From: an uncultured delta proteobacterium
GTDB taxonomy: Bacteria > Myxococcota_A > Polyangia > Polyangiales > Polyangiaceae
Assembly (NCBI GenBank): GCA_963716725.1
Contig: CAVQUB010000011.1
Coordinates: 96,001 to 160,000 of the forward strand
DNA: 64,000 nucleotides
Reading direction: 5' to 3'
Part shown: piece by piece, positions 9,660-19,127 of the stretch
Layout of the letters: the number at the start of each line of letters is the position of its first letter
Numbering within the stretch: position 1 is the stretch's first letter
Notes under the pieces: generated by a model
What the model was told of the DNA's origin: nothing
Seen by the model: only the letters and a program-made list of their open reading frames with translations
Database searches by the model: none
Position numbers and translations under genes: made by a program

Positions 9660-12600
9660 TCAGAAGAAGAGCCTCGAGACCGCCACCGAGTCCAGGCTCA
9701 CGAGCACGAGCCCCTGCGACGCGCCGTCCGCCACCGCCAGCTGGCCGATCTGTGGAACGAAGACCATCGACTGAGGAGAGACAGCGCGGCTCTGCGCGGC
9801 GAGGTTCGCCGTCAGCGGTGTGAAGCCGCCCACGACCGTCCAACGGAAGGCCATGCCGCGCTCGCTCGCCTCGTTGCCGCGATACACCGCAAAACGGTGG
9901 GTCAAGTTCTGGAAGATGCAGGACTCGCCGGGCTTGCCCGGTGCGAGGGGCCCGCTCTTGTCTAGAACACAGGCGACATCCGCGCCGGTCGCGGGACCGA
10001 TGGGGCACTTTCCGCTGCCTTCTTTGGGCAACGCGCAATCCTTGGCGGCGACTTCGAACACTCGGCTCTCGAGCTGGGCCCGACGCGGGTTGCAGTCGGG
10101 CTCGCAGCGCAGATCGTCGGTGCCGGACACCGGCGTCGCGACGACGTCGTGGCGGAAACCGCTGCCGCTGCCCGTGAGCACCCACTGGTGGCCGGGCCGA
10201 ACCTCGTAGGCGACGGCGGACCCGCCGCCCATGCAGCAGAAGAAGAGCTCGACGGTGCGGGCGCGCTCGGCTTCGTCAGCGAAGGCCCTGGGCTCGACGA
10301 CCAGCCGGTCCTGATACGCCTCGACGACGCGCAGATCACGAAGCGCAGTCGGCGCGTCCACCGGACCGAATGCGCCACGACACTTGAGATACGCCGCTTT
10401 CCCGCTGGACCCGCCGCAGCTCGCGCCAGCGCCGCTGACCCAGTACGACGAACCTTCGTTCGGGATGCTCTGGGTGACAGTCACCACGTCCGCATGGCGA
10501 CGCGCGAAGGCCGGGAGCTCTCCCGCCGGAACGCCGAGCTTCTGGCCCACCGTGCTGGCGAAGGCCATGTCCTGCACACCGCGGTTGCAGAACGCGGCGT
10601 CCCCGTCACGGACCACGGCCGACTCCCAGTTCGGAAAGCCGGTCTTGCGCTCGGACACGATGGTGCCTTCGTATTCGAGCTTCATCTCCTCGTCGCCACC
10701 GAAGGCTCGGGGCTCCGCGAAGACCAAGCCGACCGAACCGCGCTCGGCGGACTTCGGATCCACGGCCAGCACATTGGCAGGGTTCGGAGCGCTGGCGGAT
10801 GGGCTCCGGTACAGCGTCGTCCCGACGTGAACCTCCGCGGGCTGAGTCCCACCCTCGGGGTTGGCAAACTCCACGGCCAAGAGTTTGGGGTGCCGCAGCC
10901 CTTCGTCGCTCTGGTCGAGAGCCAAGCTCCCGCCTCCGGGCGCGCCGAGCTTGGGCAAGCTCCTGAGCGACGGCGCGTTGACGCCGACGTCTCCGCCGTT
11001 GACGAGCATGCGCCCGCTGCGGGCGCGATGCTGCTCGACGACGCGGCACGAGAGTTCGGCGCTCACGGTGCGTTTTCCCGCGGCCGTCTTGTCCAGGCTG
11101 AAAAACTCGGGTTCTTCCCCGTCGCCCGCGCAGCCCCGGAAGTCGTCGGTCACAGCAGAGTTGGTCGAGACGGGTCGCCGGCAGGCCGCGTCGAAGTCCT
11201 CGACGTCGATGACTGCGACCTGGCCACTCGCGAGCATGATCATTCCGAAGACACCACGGAGATTCCTGGGGGCAGCCCCCTGCGTATAGTCGTAGTTCGG
11301 TCGGTACTTTGCCGCGGGATCGCTGGTCGCCAGATCCGGATTCGGGTCGCACGAGGTCCCGATGGTGGCGATCCCAGTCTCGGGATCGGCGATGGGCACG
11401 TCGCGGAGCACGAACCCGACGTCCCGGGCCGGAGCTCCAAACGAGACGCGATCCGCGGGCTCGAAGGGCAGACGTGGCGCGCCCGGGCGGACGATGGGAG
11501 TCCGATCGGCCTGGCCAGGCGTCACGTCGAAGATCATCACGCTGCCGTCGAAGTCGTCGATGGCGTAAGCGAATTTCTGACCCGTCGTCGTGGCCGGACT
11601 GACCGCGACCTGACTCGTGGTGACGATCCGATTCTGGCTCTCGTAGGAGACGGGCCGCAGCGGTGGGTCCTGTCGGGGGGAGCAGGGGTCGGACACGTCC
11701 ACGACGTGCACGGCGGGGGAGCCGCGGTCCGATACGAAGAGGCGTCCGCCATCGAGTTCGATGCCGGCGGGCTGCGAGATGAAGCTGTCGGGAATGGGAC
11801 CGTAGTTGACGACCGGAAAGCCGCAGCCGGGTGCCTGCAGGTCCGCGGGCACCTTTTGCAGCACCGCATCGTCGAGCTTGGGTTCGAGGGCGATAAAGCG
11901 TTCGATGTCGCAGGGCTTGTAGCTGCCGGGCTCGCGATCGAGCACGCCTTGGGCATCGATTACCGCAAAGCCCCCGAGTGCCGGCAGGGTCACGATCAGC
12001 TTGCGCCGCCCCGCCGGCGCCTTCTCGAGCGCGAGATCCGCAGGGCACTCGGCGCGAGCGGCCGCCAGTGCGGTACCGGGTGTCGCGGCCTCGACGCTCG
12101 GCGCGGCATCGCAGCTGGCGCGGACGGGCGCTGGAGTGGCGGGGTTCGCGTCGTCGTCCGGCGCCGGCGGGTCGATGACGACTGCCATCTCTCCCGGGGC
12201 GACGGGCAGCGCGCACGCCGACCACCCGACGAGATCGTGGGCCGGGGGCCGCGCACAGCTGGTCGGAATGGCGAAGATGCCTTCCTTGCCCACCTCGGCG
12301 ACGCCGACGAAGCTCGCCACGCCGCCGGGCGTCGAGACGATATCCACGGGGTTCTCGCCCACCGGGATGAAGCTGAACCCCGGCGTCGCTGGATCGAGGT
12401 CCATCACCTTGCCCGCGCTCAGGTCGACGACCGCGACTTCGCCCCGCAGCGTCTGGGTGACCAGGGCGTACAAGTGCCGGCGGTTTTCGTTGTTCTCGAA
12501 GTCGGGGCAGGCGTCGATGTCGTGGCCGACGCCCTCCTGGTCCGCGCACACGAACGACACCTCCCCGCTGCGCTCCAGGGAGCGGAGCGGCACGGCCACG

Positions 12601-12677
12601 GGGGTCTCGGTGCAACCGAGCCCCACTACGGCGGCCACCGCCAGGGCGGCAAATGGAAGCTTGGACTCCGGGCTCAT
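9660..12677 (-). CDS. Large Cys-containing lipoprotein, probable beta-propeller (YncE/YVTN-like), function unknown
   Basis: Signal peptide and lipobox (VVGLGC); repeated propeller-like strands (GEVAVVDL, VHVVDV, SVMIFDV, GQVAVIDV); ATGA overlap with the upstream gene. Confidence 0.7.
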   Translation of the reverse strand: MSPESKLPFAALAVAAVVGLGCTETPVAVPLRSLERSGEVSFVCADQEGVGHDIDACPDFENNENRRHLYALVTQTLRGEVAVVDLSAGKVMDLDPATPGFSFIPVGENPVDIVSTPGGVASFVGVAEVGKEGIFAIPTSCARPPAHDLVGWSACALPVAPGEMAVVIDPPAPDDDANPATPAPVRASCDAAPSVEAATPGTALAAARAECPADLALEKAPAGRRKLIVTLPALGGFAVIDAQGVLDREPGSYKPCDIERFIALEPKLDDAVLQKVPADLQAPGCGFPVVNYGPIPDSFISQPAGIELDGGRLFVSDRGSPAVHVVDVSDPCSPRQDPPLRPVSYESQNRIVTTSQVAVSPATTTGQKFAYAIDDFDGSVMIFDVTPGQADRTPIVRPGAPRLPFEPADRVSFGAPARDVGFVLRDVPIADPETGIATIGTSCDPNPDLATSDPAAKYRPNYDYTQGAAPRNLRGVFGMIMLASGQVAVIDVEDFDAACRRPVSTNSAVTDDFRGCAGDGEEPEFFSLDKTAAGKRTVSAELSCRVVEQHRARSGRMLVNGGDVGVNAPSLRSLPKLGAPGGGSLALDQSDEGLRHPKLLAVEFANPEGGTQPAEVHVGTTLYRSPSASAPNPANVLAVDPKSAERGSVGLVFAEPRAFGGDEEMKLEYEGTIVSERKTGFPNWESAVVRDGDAAFCNRGVQDMAFASTVGQKLGVPAGELPAFARRHADVVTVTQSIPNEGSSYWVSGAGASCGGSSGKAAYLKCRGAFGPVDAPTALRDLRVVEAYQDRLVVEPRAFADEAERARTVELFFCCMGGGSAVAYEVRPGHQWVLTGSGSGFRHDVVATPVSGTDDLRCEPDCNPRRAQLESRVFEVAAKDCALPKEGSGKCPIGPATGADVACVLDKSGPLAPGKPGESCIFQNLTHRFAVYRGNEASERGMAFRWTVVGGFTPLTANLAAQSRAVSPQSMVFVPQIGQLAVADGASQGLVLVSLDSVAVSRLFF

Positions 12678-14341
12678 TTGCTGGCCCTCGGAGCGCTCGG
12701 GCGGCCCAGGGTGGTCAGGATGGTGCCGAAGGTGGTGTTGCGCATGTCCAAGTCGACGACCCCAATGTAGGAGTCGGTGAAGTGCGCGACGTAGGCGTGA
12801 GCGTAGCTCGGCGCGCCACTGGCATCGGCGCCGAGCTCCGTCACGAAGCCGTGGGGACCGCGACCGGTTTCGATCCAGTCCTCCATGGCGTGGGTCGCCG
12901 GGTTGTAGACACCCACCTTGCGCGAGTCGAAGCACACCACGAAGACCCGGGTGTGGGGCGCACCGTCGAGTCCAATGACCTTGCCGACCACGACACGCGA
13001 CGGGCCGAAGCTGAGCGGGATGCTCTCTTGCAACTTCGGAAGATCGTCATTCGAGAACAGCCCTTGGTTCGGACGCGTCTCGCCGACCAGCAACGAGGAG
13101 GGAGCGCGATTGGCGATGTAGACGCGGATCGGAACGCCCGCACACTCCGACAGACAAGTCGTGCGCGCGTCGCCCGCCCCGCCCGGACACGCGATCTCGC
13201 AGGCCTTGCGCTCGTCGCCGTCGATGGCGATCCCGCGGGAGTCGACGCCCAGGGAGTTCGCGGTGATGGCAGCCGAGCCCGCGACCTGCATGAAGGGCCG
13301 GGCAGGCTTCGACGCGGCGTCGGAAAAATACCGGAGCAGATTGACCTGGGCGGCGTCGCGGAAAGTGACGAGGAAGCCCGGGTCGTAGGGGACCTTCAGC
13401 TCTTGCGCGAGCGCGGGCGGGGGCAGCGCCGCCACGCCGATGACTCGTTGGGGCATGCCCCCGGCGATGAAGTTGAGCTTGGGCCCATCGCCCAGGCTCG
13501 CCTCACCGTCCCCCCAAGAGGCGGCGTCATTCACGAACAGCGACGCCGCGCCTTCGGTCTGGTGGGTCACGACGATCGCCTCCCCGTCCGGGGTCGCGGC
13601 GATCCCGAAGGGTTCCGGCGCGAGGCGCAAATCTCGGGTGTTCTCCTGATCTGGGTCGTCCCCTCGCCGGTGCGCGTCGTCGCAGTCCCCGCCGTTGGCG
13701 CCTTGACCGCAGTCGAGCTCGAAAGGAACGGCCGGCGCCTCGCTGTCGTCCACCACGTCGATGTAGTGAAGCGTCGCGTCGCCCCGCACCGGGATGAAGA
13801 GCCTGCCCCCGGGGCCCGTGGGGCGCGACCGGTAGATCACGTCGGTGGCAAACGCGCCGATGCCGACCTTCCCGACCACCAGGCTCGGTCCGCCATCTTG
13901 CGGCCTGATGTGGTTGACGTGCCCGCAACGCCCGGGAAACAGCAGCTTGCTCGCAGGCCCTTTCTCGCCGTACGGGCCGCAAGGCTTTCCGGCGTGAGGA
14001 CCGCTCGCGTCGACGCACCAACGACTCGGGTGACCGCCGTTCTCGTCGGTCGGGAGCAGATCGCAGACTCTGCCCGACTCCGAACAGTCGGCGTCTTCGT
14101 CACAAGCCTTGGGCACCACCTCTCTCACGCGGGTGAGATCCAACGCTTGGAGGGCACCCCCGTTGTACTGAAGGTCGAAGTCGCTGTTCACGACGTAGAG
14201 CCGCGTCCCGGCCGGCGTCAGCGCCAGACCCACCGGGAAGTAGATCCGGTCGAGCGGTGGTTCGACGCCTCCACCCTGGTCGTAGCAGCCAGTGAGCGCG
14301 AGCGTGACGAGCGCTATGAAGCGCGAGGACCATCGGAGCAT
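12674..14341 (-). CDS. Lipoprotein, probable beta-propeller (YncE-like)
   Basis: Lipobox LALTGC; FPVGLALTPAGTRLYVVNSDFD, EPFGIAATPDG, AYVAHFTDSYIGVVDL. Confidence 0.75.
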   Translation of the reverse strand: MLRWSSRFIALVTLALTGCYDQGGGVEPPLDRIYFPVGLALTPAGTRLYVVNSDFDLQYNGGALQALDLTRVREVVPKACDEDADCSESGRVCDLLPTDENGGHPSRWCVDASGPHAGKPCGPYGEKGPASKLLFPGRCGHVNHIRPQDGGPSLVVGKVGIGAFATDVIYRSRPTGPGGRLFIPVRGDATLHYIDVVDDSEAPAVPFELDCGQGANGGDCDDAHRRGDDPDQENTRDLRLAPEPFGIAATPDGEAIVVTHQTEGAASLFVNDAASWGDGEASLGDGPKLNFIAGGMPQRVIGVAALPPPALAQELKVPYDPGFLVTFRDAAQVNLLRYFSDAASKPARPFMQVAGSAAITANSLGVDSRGIAIDGDERKACEIACPGGAGDARTTCLSECAGVPIRVYIANRAPSSLLVGETRPNQGLFSNDDLPKLQESIPLSFGPSRVVVGKVIGLDGAPHTRVFVVCFDSRKVGVYNPATHAMEDWIETGRGPHGFVTELGADASGAPSYAHAYVAHFTDSYIGVVDLDMRNTTFGTILTTLGRPSAPRASK

Positions 14342-14397
14342 TCGGGCTGGCGCAGCCTAGTCAAGTCGCGGGGCCCGCGCGACTGTTTCAGCGGGTT

Positions 14398-14583
14398 TCA
14401 AACCAGGTCGAGGATGATGACTCCGCGTTCCCGGTCGTCGTCCTCTTCAGGCTCGGGGTCCGGGCGGCGCCGCGGCGGAATGGCGTCCACCGGCAGCTCG
14501 AGTCGGGGCTGCTGCTCGTCACGACGTCGCAGCTCTTCCTCTTCGCGCCGACGGATCTGGTCGATGATGAAGGGGGGTAGCAT
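14398..14583 (-). CDS. Small (61 aa) charged hypothetical protein
   Basis: Fills an intergenic gap; GC-rich third codon positions; own sigma70-like promoter; hydrophobic ends (MLPPFII / GVIILDLV). Confidence 0.65.
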   Translation of the reverse strand: MLPPFIIDQIRRREEEELRRRDEQQPRLELPVDAIPPRRRPDPEPEEDDDRERGVIILDLV

Positions 14584-14616
14584 TGCGGTCTCGGTGATGG
14601 ACCTACTCTGCCAGAC

Positions 14617-14644
14617 AATCTAGCGCCCCTACGGATGCGGTCAA
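14617..14644 (-). promoter_or_regulatory. Sigma70-type promoter for the 61-aa gene
   Basis: Minus strand TTGACC-N16-TAGATT, 33 nt upstream of ATG 14583. Confidence 0.55.
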
Positions 14645-14725
14645 GTTCAGGAAACCGCGGACTTTTTGCACGAGCCCGGCCAGGGTCCCGAACCGACAGG
14701 TGGGCCGTGGTAGGTTCGGCGGCTG

Positions 14726-16066
14726 ATGCGGGCTCACGCCGCGAAATACCTCCGGCTTCTTGGGCTCCTGACGCTGGTCCTCGGGATTTCGTGGCCGGCG
14801 CGCGCAGGCGCTGCGGCTTTCGATTTCAACGACTCCAGCTGGGAGGGCGGCAGCGAATTCCTGGCGCTGGCCCGGACCCGCCTGGGCAGCTCGCGGGTCG
14901 AAATCCTGGCCACCGTCGACTGGGAGCGCCTGCGCCCGGCCGACGCCGTGCTCTTCATGCACCCGACCGTCGAGGTGGACTACGACGAGGCGAGCGCTTT
15001 TCTCCGCGCTGGCGGGCGCGTCGCGGTGCTCGACGATTTCGGCAAGGGCGACGCCCTGCTGAGTCGCTTTCACATCCGAAGGATCACCGCGCCGCTGCGT
15101 CCGGCACGGGCGCTGCGCGACAACCCCAACTACGCCATCGCGATCCCGTCGGTGCAGGTCGTGGCGGGTCAAGAGCAAGGGCGCCATCCGGTGGTCGCGC
15201 AGGTTCGCGAGCTGGTCACCAACCACCCGGCGGCCTTCACCCACCCGAACCTCACCCCCGTGCTCGAGCTGCCCGCGCAAGGCGAGCCCAGCGCGACGCT
15301 GGCCGTGACCGGCATCATCGTGAACCGCGGCCGCTTGTTTGCGATGGCCGACCCCTCGGCGACCATGAACCTGATGCTGCGCTACCCGGGCAATCGGTCG
15401 TTTGCCGAGGGCTTGGTCGACTACTTGGTCGAGGACGACACTTGGGGACAACGGGGCGGCAAGCTCTACCTCGTCGCCAACGACTTCAGGCAACGCGGCG
15501 CCTACGGCGGCGGCACCAGCATCGGGCAAGAGTTCAAGGATCAACTCGATGGCTTCCAAGACATGGTCTCCAAGGTGCACGACGACGGTCTGCCCGACGT
15601 GCTCGCGCTCTTCTTGTCGGTCCTCGCCGGCGTCGTCGCCGTCGGTTGGGCCGTCTCGTCGTCGCTGAAGGTCTACCGCCGTTCGCCACCGCGCTACGCG
15701 GCAGCACAGCTGATGGTGGCCCAGGGTGGCGTCGCGGGGCGAGCCGCGGTCCTCGGCGCCCCGACCACCCACCGGGCTCTGGTGCTGCTCGAGCTGAAGA
15801 GCGCGTTGGAGGAGGGACTCAGCGAGCGCCTGGGGCTGCCGCCCCACACCAGCCCCGGGCAGCTGGTCGCCGAAGCCGAGCAGCGCGGCGTGCTCTCCGC
15901 CCAGAGCTTGGCAAAATTGCGTCGCTTGTTGTCGGAGCTCACGCGAGCAGAGGCGGCGGTGGCCAGCTCGCAGCCGCTCCGGGTGACGAAGGAAAGCGTG
16001 GAGAGAACCCGCCGAGGAGTGCTAGCAATCTTGTCCGAGGCCGCCGCCTCCAGGAGCGAGTCGTGA
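14726..16066 (+). CDS. DUF4350-like membrane protein (MoxR-associated)
   Basis: Signal peptide, SWEGGSEF, AFLRAGGRVAVLDDFG, GRLFAMADPS, one TM segment; GTGA overlap with moxR. Confidence 0.7.
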   Translation: MRAHAAKYLRLLGLLTLVLGISWPARAGAAAFDFNDSSWEGGSEFLALARTRLGSSRVEILATVDWERLRPADAVLFMHPTVEVDYDEASAFLRAGGRVAVLDDFGKGDALLSRFHIRRITAPLRPARALRDNPNYAIAIPSVQVVAGQEQGRHPVVAQVRELVTNHPAAFTHPNLTPVLELPAQGEPSATLAVTGIIVNRGRLFAMADPSATMNLMLRYPGNRSFAEGLVDYLVEDDTWGQRGGKLYLVANDFRQRGAYGGGTSIGQEFKDQLDGFQDMVSKVHDDGLPDVLALFLSVLAGVVAVGWAVSSSLKVYRRSPPRYAAAQLMVAQGGVAGRAAVLGAPTTHRALVLLELKSALEEGLSERLGLPPHTSPGQLVAEAEQRGVLSAQSLAKLRRLLSELTRAEAAVASSQPLRVTKESVERTRRGVLAILSEAAASRSES

Positions 16067-17034
16067 CTCACGCGCTGCAAACAAGTGAAATCGAGAGCGT
16101 CCGAGAGCGGCTCGCCGAGGTGCGGCGCCAAGTCACGCGCGTATACATGGGCGACGCTCTCGCCGTCGATCTCTTGCTCGTCTCTCTGCTCTCCCGCGGC
16201 CACGTCTTGCTCGAAGGCGTCCCCGGCGTGGCCAAGACCACCTTGGTCAAGGCCTTCGCCACCACCCTCGGCTGCAGCGTGCGGCGGATTCAGTTCACGC
16301 CCGACCTCCTGCCTGCGGACATCACGGGCACCTACGTGCTCAACCCCCGCGACGGCACCTTTCAACTGCGCCCCGGCCCCATCTTCGCCAACGTGGTCTT
16401 GGCCGATGAGATCAACCGGGCGCCAGCCAAGACGCAGTCCGCGCTGCTGGAGGCCATGCAAGAGCGCCAGGTCACCATCGAAGGTGACCGCTTCGAGCTG
16501 CCCGATCCTTTCTTCGTCCTGGCCACTCAGAACCCCGTGGACCTCGAAGGCACCTATCCGCTGCCCGAGGCTCAGATCGATCGTTTCTTGGTGCGGCTCC
16601 TGATGAGCTATCCCTCGCAGCGAGACGAGGTCGCGATGCTTCGGACCCACGGCGTCGTGGCTCCGGAGCCGGGTGTGGCCCTCAACCCCACCGACGTGTT
16701 GCAGGTGCAGTCCATCGCCGCTCGCGTGCACGTCGAGGAAGACCTGTTCGAGTACGCCGTGGCGCTCACGAGCTTCACGCGTACCAATCCGCGGGTCGTG
16801 CTGGGCGCCTCACCGCGCGCGTCGCTGGGCTTGATCCGCGCTGCCAAGAGCCACGCCGTCTTGGCTGGTCGCGCCTTCGTGACCCCGGACGACCTGCGCC
16901 AGGTCGCGGTTTCGGTGCTCTCCCACCGTTTGATTCTGGTGCCTGAGCTCGAAGGCGACACCCGAGCCAGGGCCTCGATTGTCGAAGAAGCGCTGGCCAA
17001 GGTCGGCCACCGGCGGGCCGTCCGCCCGGTGTAG
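16063..17034 (+). CDS. moxR: MoxR-family AAA+ ATPase
   Basis: GHVLLEGVPGVAKT, RIQFTPDLLPADITG, LADEINRAPAKTQSALLEAM, ATQNP, YPLPEAQIDRF, GASPRA. Confidence 0.93.
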   Translation: MTHALQTSEIESVRERLAEVRRQVTRVYMGDALAVDLLLVSLLSRGHVLLEGVPGVAKTTLVKAFATTLGCSVRRIQFTPDLLPADITGTYVLNPRDGTFQLRPGPIFANVVLADEINRAPAKTQSALLEAMQERQVTIEGDRFELPDPFFVLATQNPVDLEGTYPLPEAQIDRFLVRLLMSYPSQRDEVAMLRTHGVVAPEPGVALNPTDVLQVQSIAARVHVEEDLFEYAVALTSFTRTNPRVVLGASPRASLGLIRAAKSHAVLAGRAFVTPDDLRQVAVSVLSHRLILVPELEGDTRARASIVEEALAKVGHRRAVRPV

Positions 17035-17092
17035 CCGGCTGTTCCGAGCTCGAAGTTGACCGACGGCGGCGACGGGGACTCTACTTTCGTCC

Positions 17093-18019
17093 ATGTCGGG
17101 TCGGCTTTCGTTCGTAGTTCTCGTGCTGCTCGCGTTGGCTGTCGGCTGTCAAAAGCAGGACGCCACGGCCATCGCCTCTCCTTCGAGCGACCAGCCGGGG
17201 TACGCCGCGCGCTACCCCAACGAAATCGCAAAGGCGCGGGCCCGCCACTCCGAAGACGAAGGGCGCGCCCGGCGCTCGATGGCCGCCTTCGCGCGATTTC
17301 CGGCTGAGCTCGACAAGACCTCTTGGGCCGATGTGCTGCGTGTGTACGAGGCCGCCGACGACGCCGGCAAGAGCCAGGAGTACGTGGAGCGCCTGCACGA
17401 GACAAACACCGTTTTCGATTTCTTCGCGGACGAAAAATCGGAGATCGACAAGAAGGTCGGCGGCGCCGCCCAGTACACCGCGAAGCAAAAGGGGTGCACG
17501 GTGGAGCTGTACGGAGTGACCAGCATGGCGCTGGAGAAGTCCGTCGAGAAACAGCTCGAGAAGCGCCTGCGTGAGCGCAACGAAGCGCACCGCTACATCG
17601 ACGAGCACGAAGACCGCATCGGCAAGCCCAACCGAGAGAAGCTCGAGAAGCAGGCCGACGAGATCAGCCTGACCAGCTATCTCGCTCGAGTCGCGGGCTT
17701 GGAGACGAAGCGGAAGCTCACCAAGCTGGTGGGCGAAGCCAGCGACGTGCAAGCGACGCTCGAACGGACCATCGCCGAATCGAAAGAAGCCGCGGCTGAC
17801 GCCAAGCGCTCGGACAAAGACAAGAAGAAGGCCCAAGCGCGCCTCGAAGCGGCGGAGAAGGCCAAGGCCGGCATCGAGACGGAGACGACCGAAGCCAAGA
17901 AGCTCCTGGAAGAGATCGACAAGAAGAACGAACTGCTCTCCGCCGAGTACGACCAGGCTTTCGAGGGCCTCGAGAAGCAGGTCAAAGAGAAGGCGAAGAC
18001 CGCAGCTCCCGCGAGCTGA
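17093..18019 (+). CDS. Lipoprotein with long Lys/Glu-rich coiled coil, function unknown
   Basis: Lipobox LAVGC; helical K/E/A-rich C-terminal half. Confidence 0.75.
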   Translation: MSGRLSFVVLVLLALAVGCQKQDATAIASPSSDQPGYAARYPNEIAKARARHSEDEGRARRSMAAFARFPAELDKTSWADVLRVYEAADDAGKSQEYVERLHETNTVFDFFADEKSEIDKKVGGAAQYTAKQKGCTVELYGVTSMALEKSVEKQLEKRLRERNEAHRYIDEHEDRIGKPNREKLEKQADEISLTSYLARVAGLETKRKLTKLVGEASDVQATLERTIAESKEAAADAKRSDKDKKKAQARLEAAEKAKAGIETETTEAKKLLEEIDKKNELLSAEYDQAFEGLEKQVKEKAKTAAPAS

Positions 18020-18075
18020 ACGCCCAGGGACCTGCGCTGGCCTCGATGGAGTGCGCTCAGCACCCGCGACCGGAG

Positions 18076-19050
18076 TCAGTTCGGCGCGTGGGCCTCGAAG
18101 CCGGCTCCGGTGTCGCGCGATGCCCTGCGATAGGCGCCCGGCGCCGCCCCCACCCAACGCTTGAACGCCTTGCTGAACGCGGCTTCCGACTCGTATCCAA
18201 CGCGATCAGCGATGTCTGCGAGCGTCGCCCTGCCCTCGCGGAGCAACGACGCCGCGCGCTGCATGCGCCAGCGCGTCACGTAATGGAGCGGCGGCTCGCC
18301 CACGAGCTCGGCAAACCGCCCCGCGAACGTCGATCGGCTCATGCCGACCTTCGACGCGAGCATCGCTACTGTCCAGGGTTGCCGCGGGTCTTCGTGAATC
18401 AACCCCAGCGCAGCGCCGATCTGCGGTTCACTCAACGCACGCAACCATCCGCGGTGACTCACCGGAGTGGAGCTGAGGAAGCCGCGCACGATCTGGATGA
18501 ACAGGATGTCAGCCAATCGGCTCACGACGGTGCGCGCACCCGGACGCCCGGACGCCGCCTCGCAGGCCATGAACTGAAGCGTGGGCTCGAGCCAGTGGAC
18601 CGCCCGCCCGTCCTCGCCCTTGATCAGAACCAGGGGGGGCAGCACGTTGAGAAGTGGGTTGTGCTTCCGGTCTTCGAACTGGAACGCACCGCACACCAAG
18701 GTGGCTGCCGTGCCGTTGCCTCCGACCTTGACGCTAGCGGTCGAACAAGCCCCTTGCCCACCCACTATCTCCGCGAGAGGGACGGCCGGCGTATCGAGGG
18801 AGTCACGCAAGATGTGGGCGCGACCGTGGGGTAGCGCGAACAGATCACCACTCGCGAGCGCCACTGGCTCGCCGGCGCCTTCGACCTCGAGCCAGGCGTT
18901 GCCCCGAAGCAGTACGTGGAAGGAAGCGGCGTCGCTCTCCGGCACTCGAATGCCCCACGGCGCCCCGAGTTCGACCCGGCCGTAACACACGGACGAGACC
19001 CGAACTGTTTGCAGCACGTCGGTCAGGACATCCACGGGCGCTGAACTCAT
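18076..19050 (-). CDS. AraC-family transcriptional regulator with cupin_6 N-terminal domain
   Basis: DVLTDVL...APWG...FHVLLRG; PWTVAMLASKVGMSRSTFAGRF; VGYESEAAFSKAFKR. Confidence 0.92.
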   Translation of the reverse strand: MSSAPVDVLTDVLQTVRVSSVCYGRVELGAPWGIRVPESDAASFHVLLRGNAWLEVEGAGEPVALASGDLFALPHGRAHILRDSLDTPAVPLAEIVGGQGACSTASVKVGGNGTAATLVCGAFQFEDRKHNPLLNVLPPLVLIKGEDGRAVHWLEPTLQFMACEAASGRPGARTVVSRLADILFIQIVRGFLSSTPVSHRGWLRALSEPQIGAALGLIHEDPRQPWTVAMLASKVGMSRSTFAGRFAELVGEPPLHYVTRWRMQRAASLLREGRATLADIADRVGYESEAAFSKAFKRWVGAAPGAYRRASRDTGAGFEAHAPN

Positions 19051-19127
19051 CGGTCACCTCGAAACGCTCGAGCAAGAGGATGACCCATCTGATGCCCGGT
19101 CGTCCATCAGCTTCGGATTTCAGGTCA

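Noticed and set aside
14364..14384. Hairpin as an intrinsic terminator of the 61-aa gene
   Set aside because: No U-tract follows it on the minus strand.
14635..17034. 799-aa ORF suggesting an extended MoxR
   Set aside because: The Arg-rich N-terminal part is an alternative frame of the DUF4350 gene; the real start is GTG 16063.
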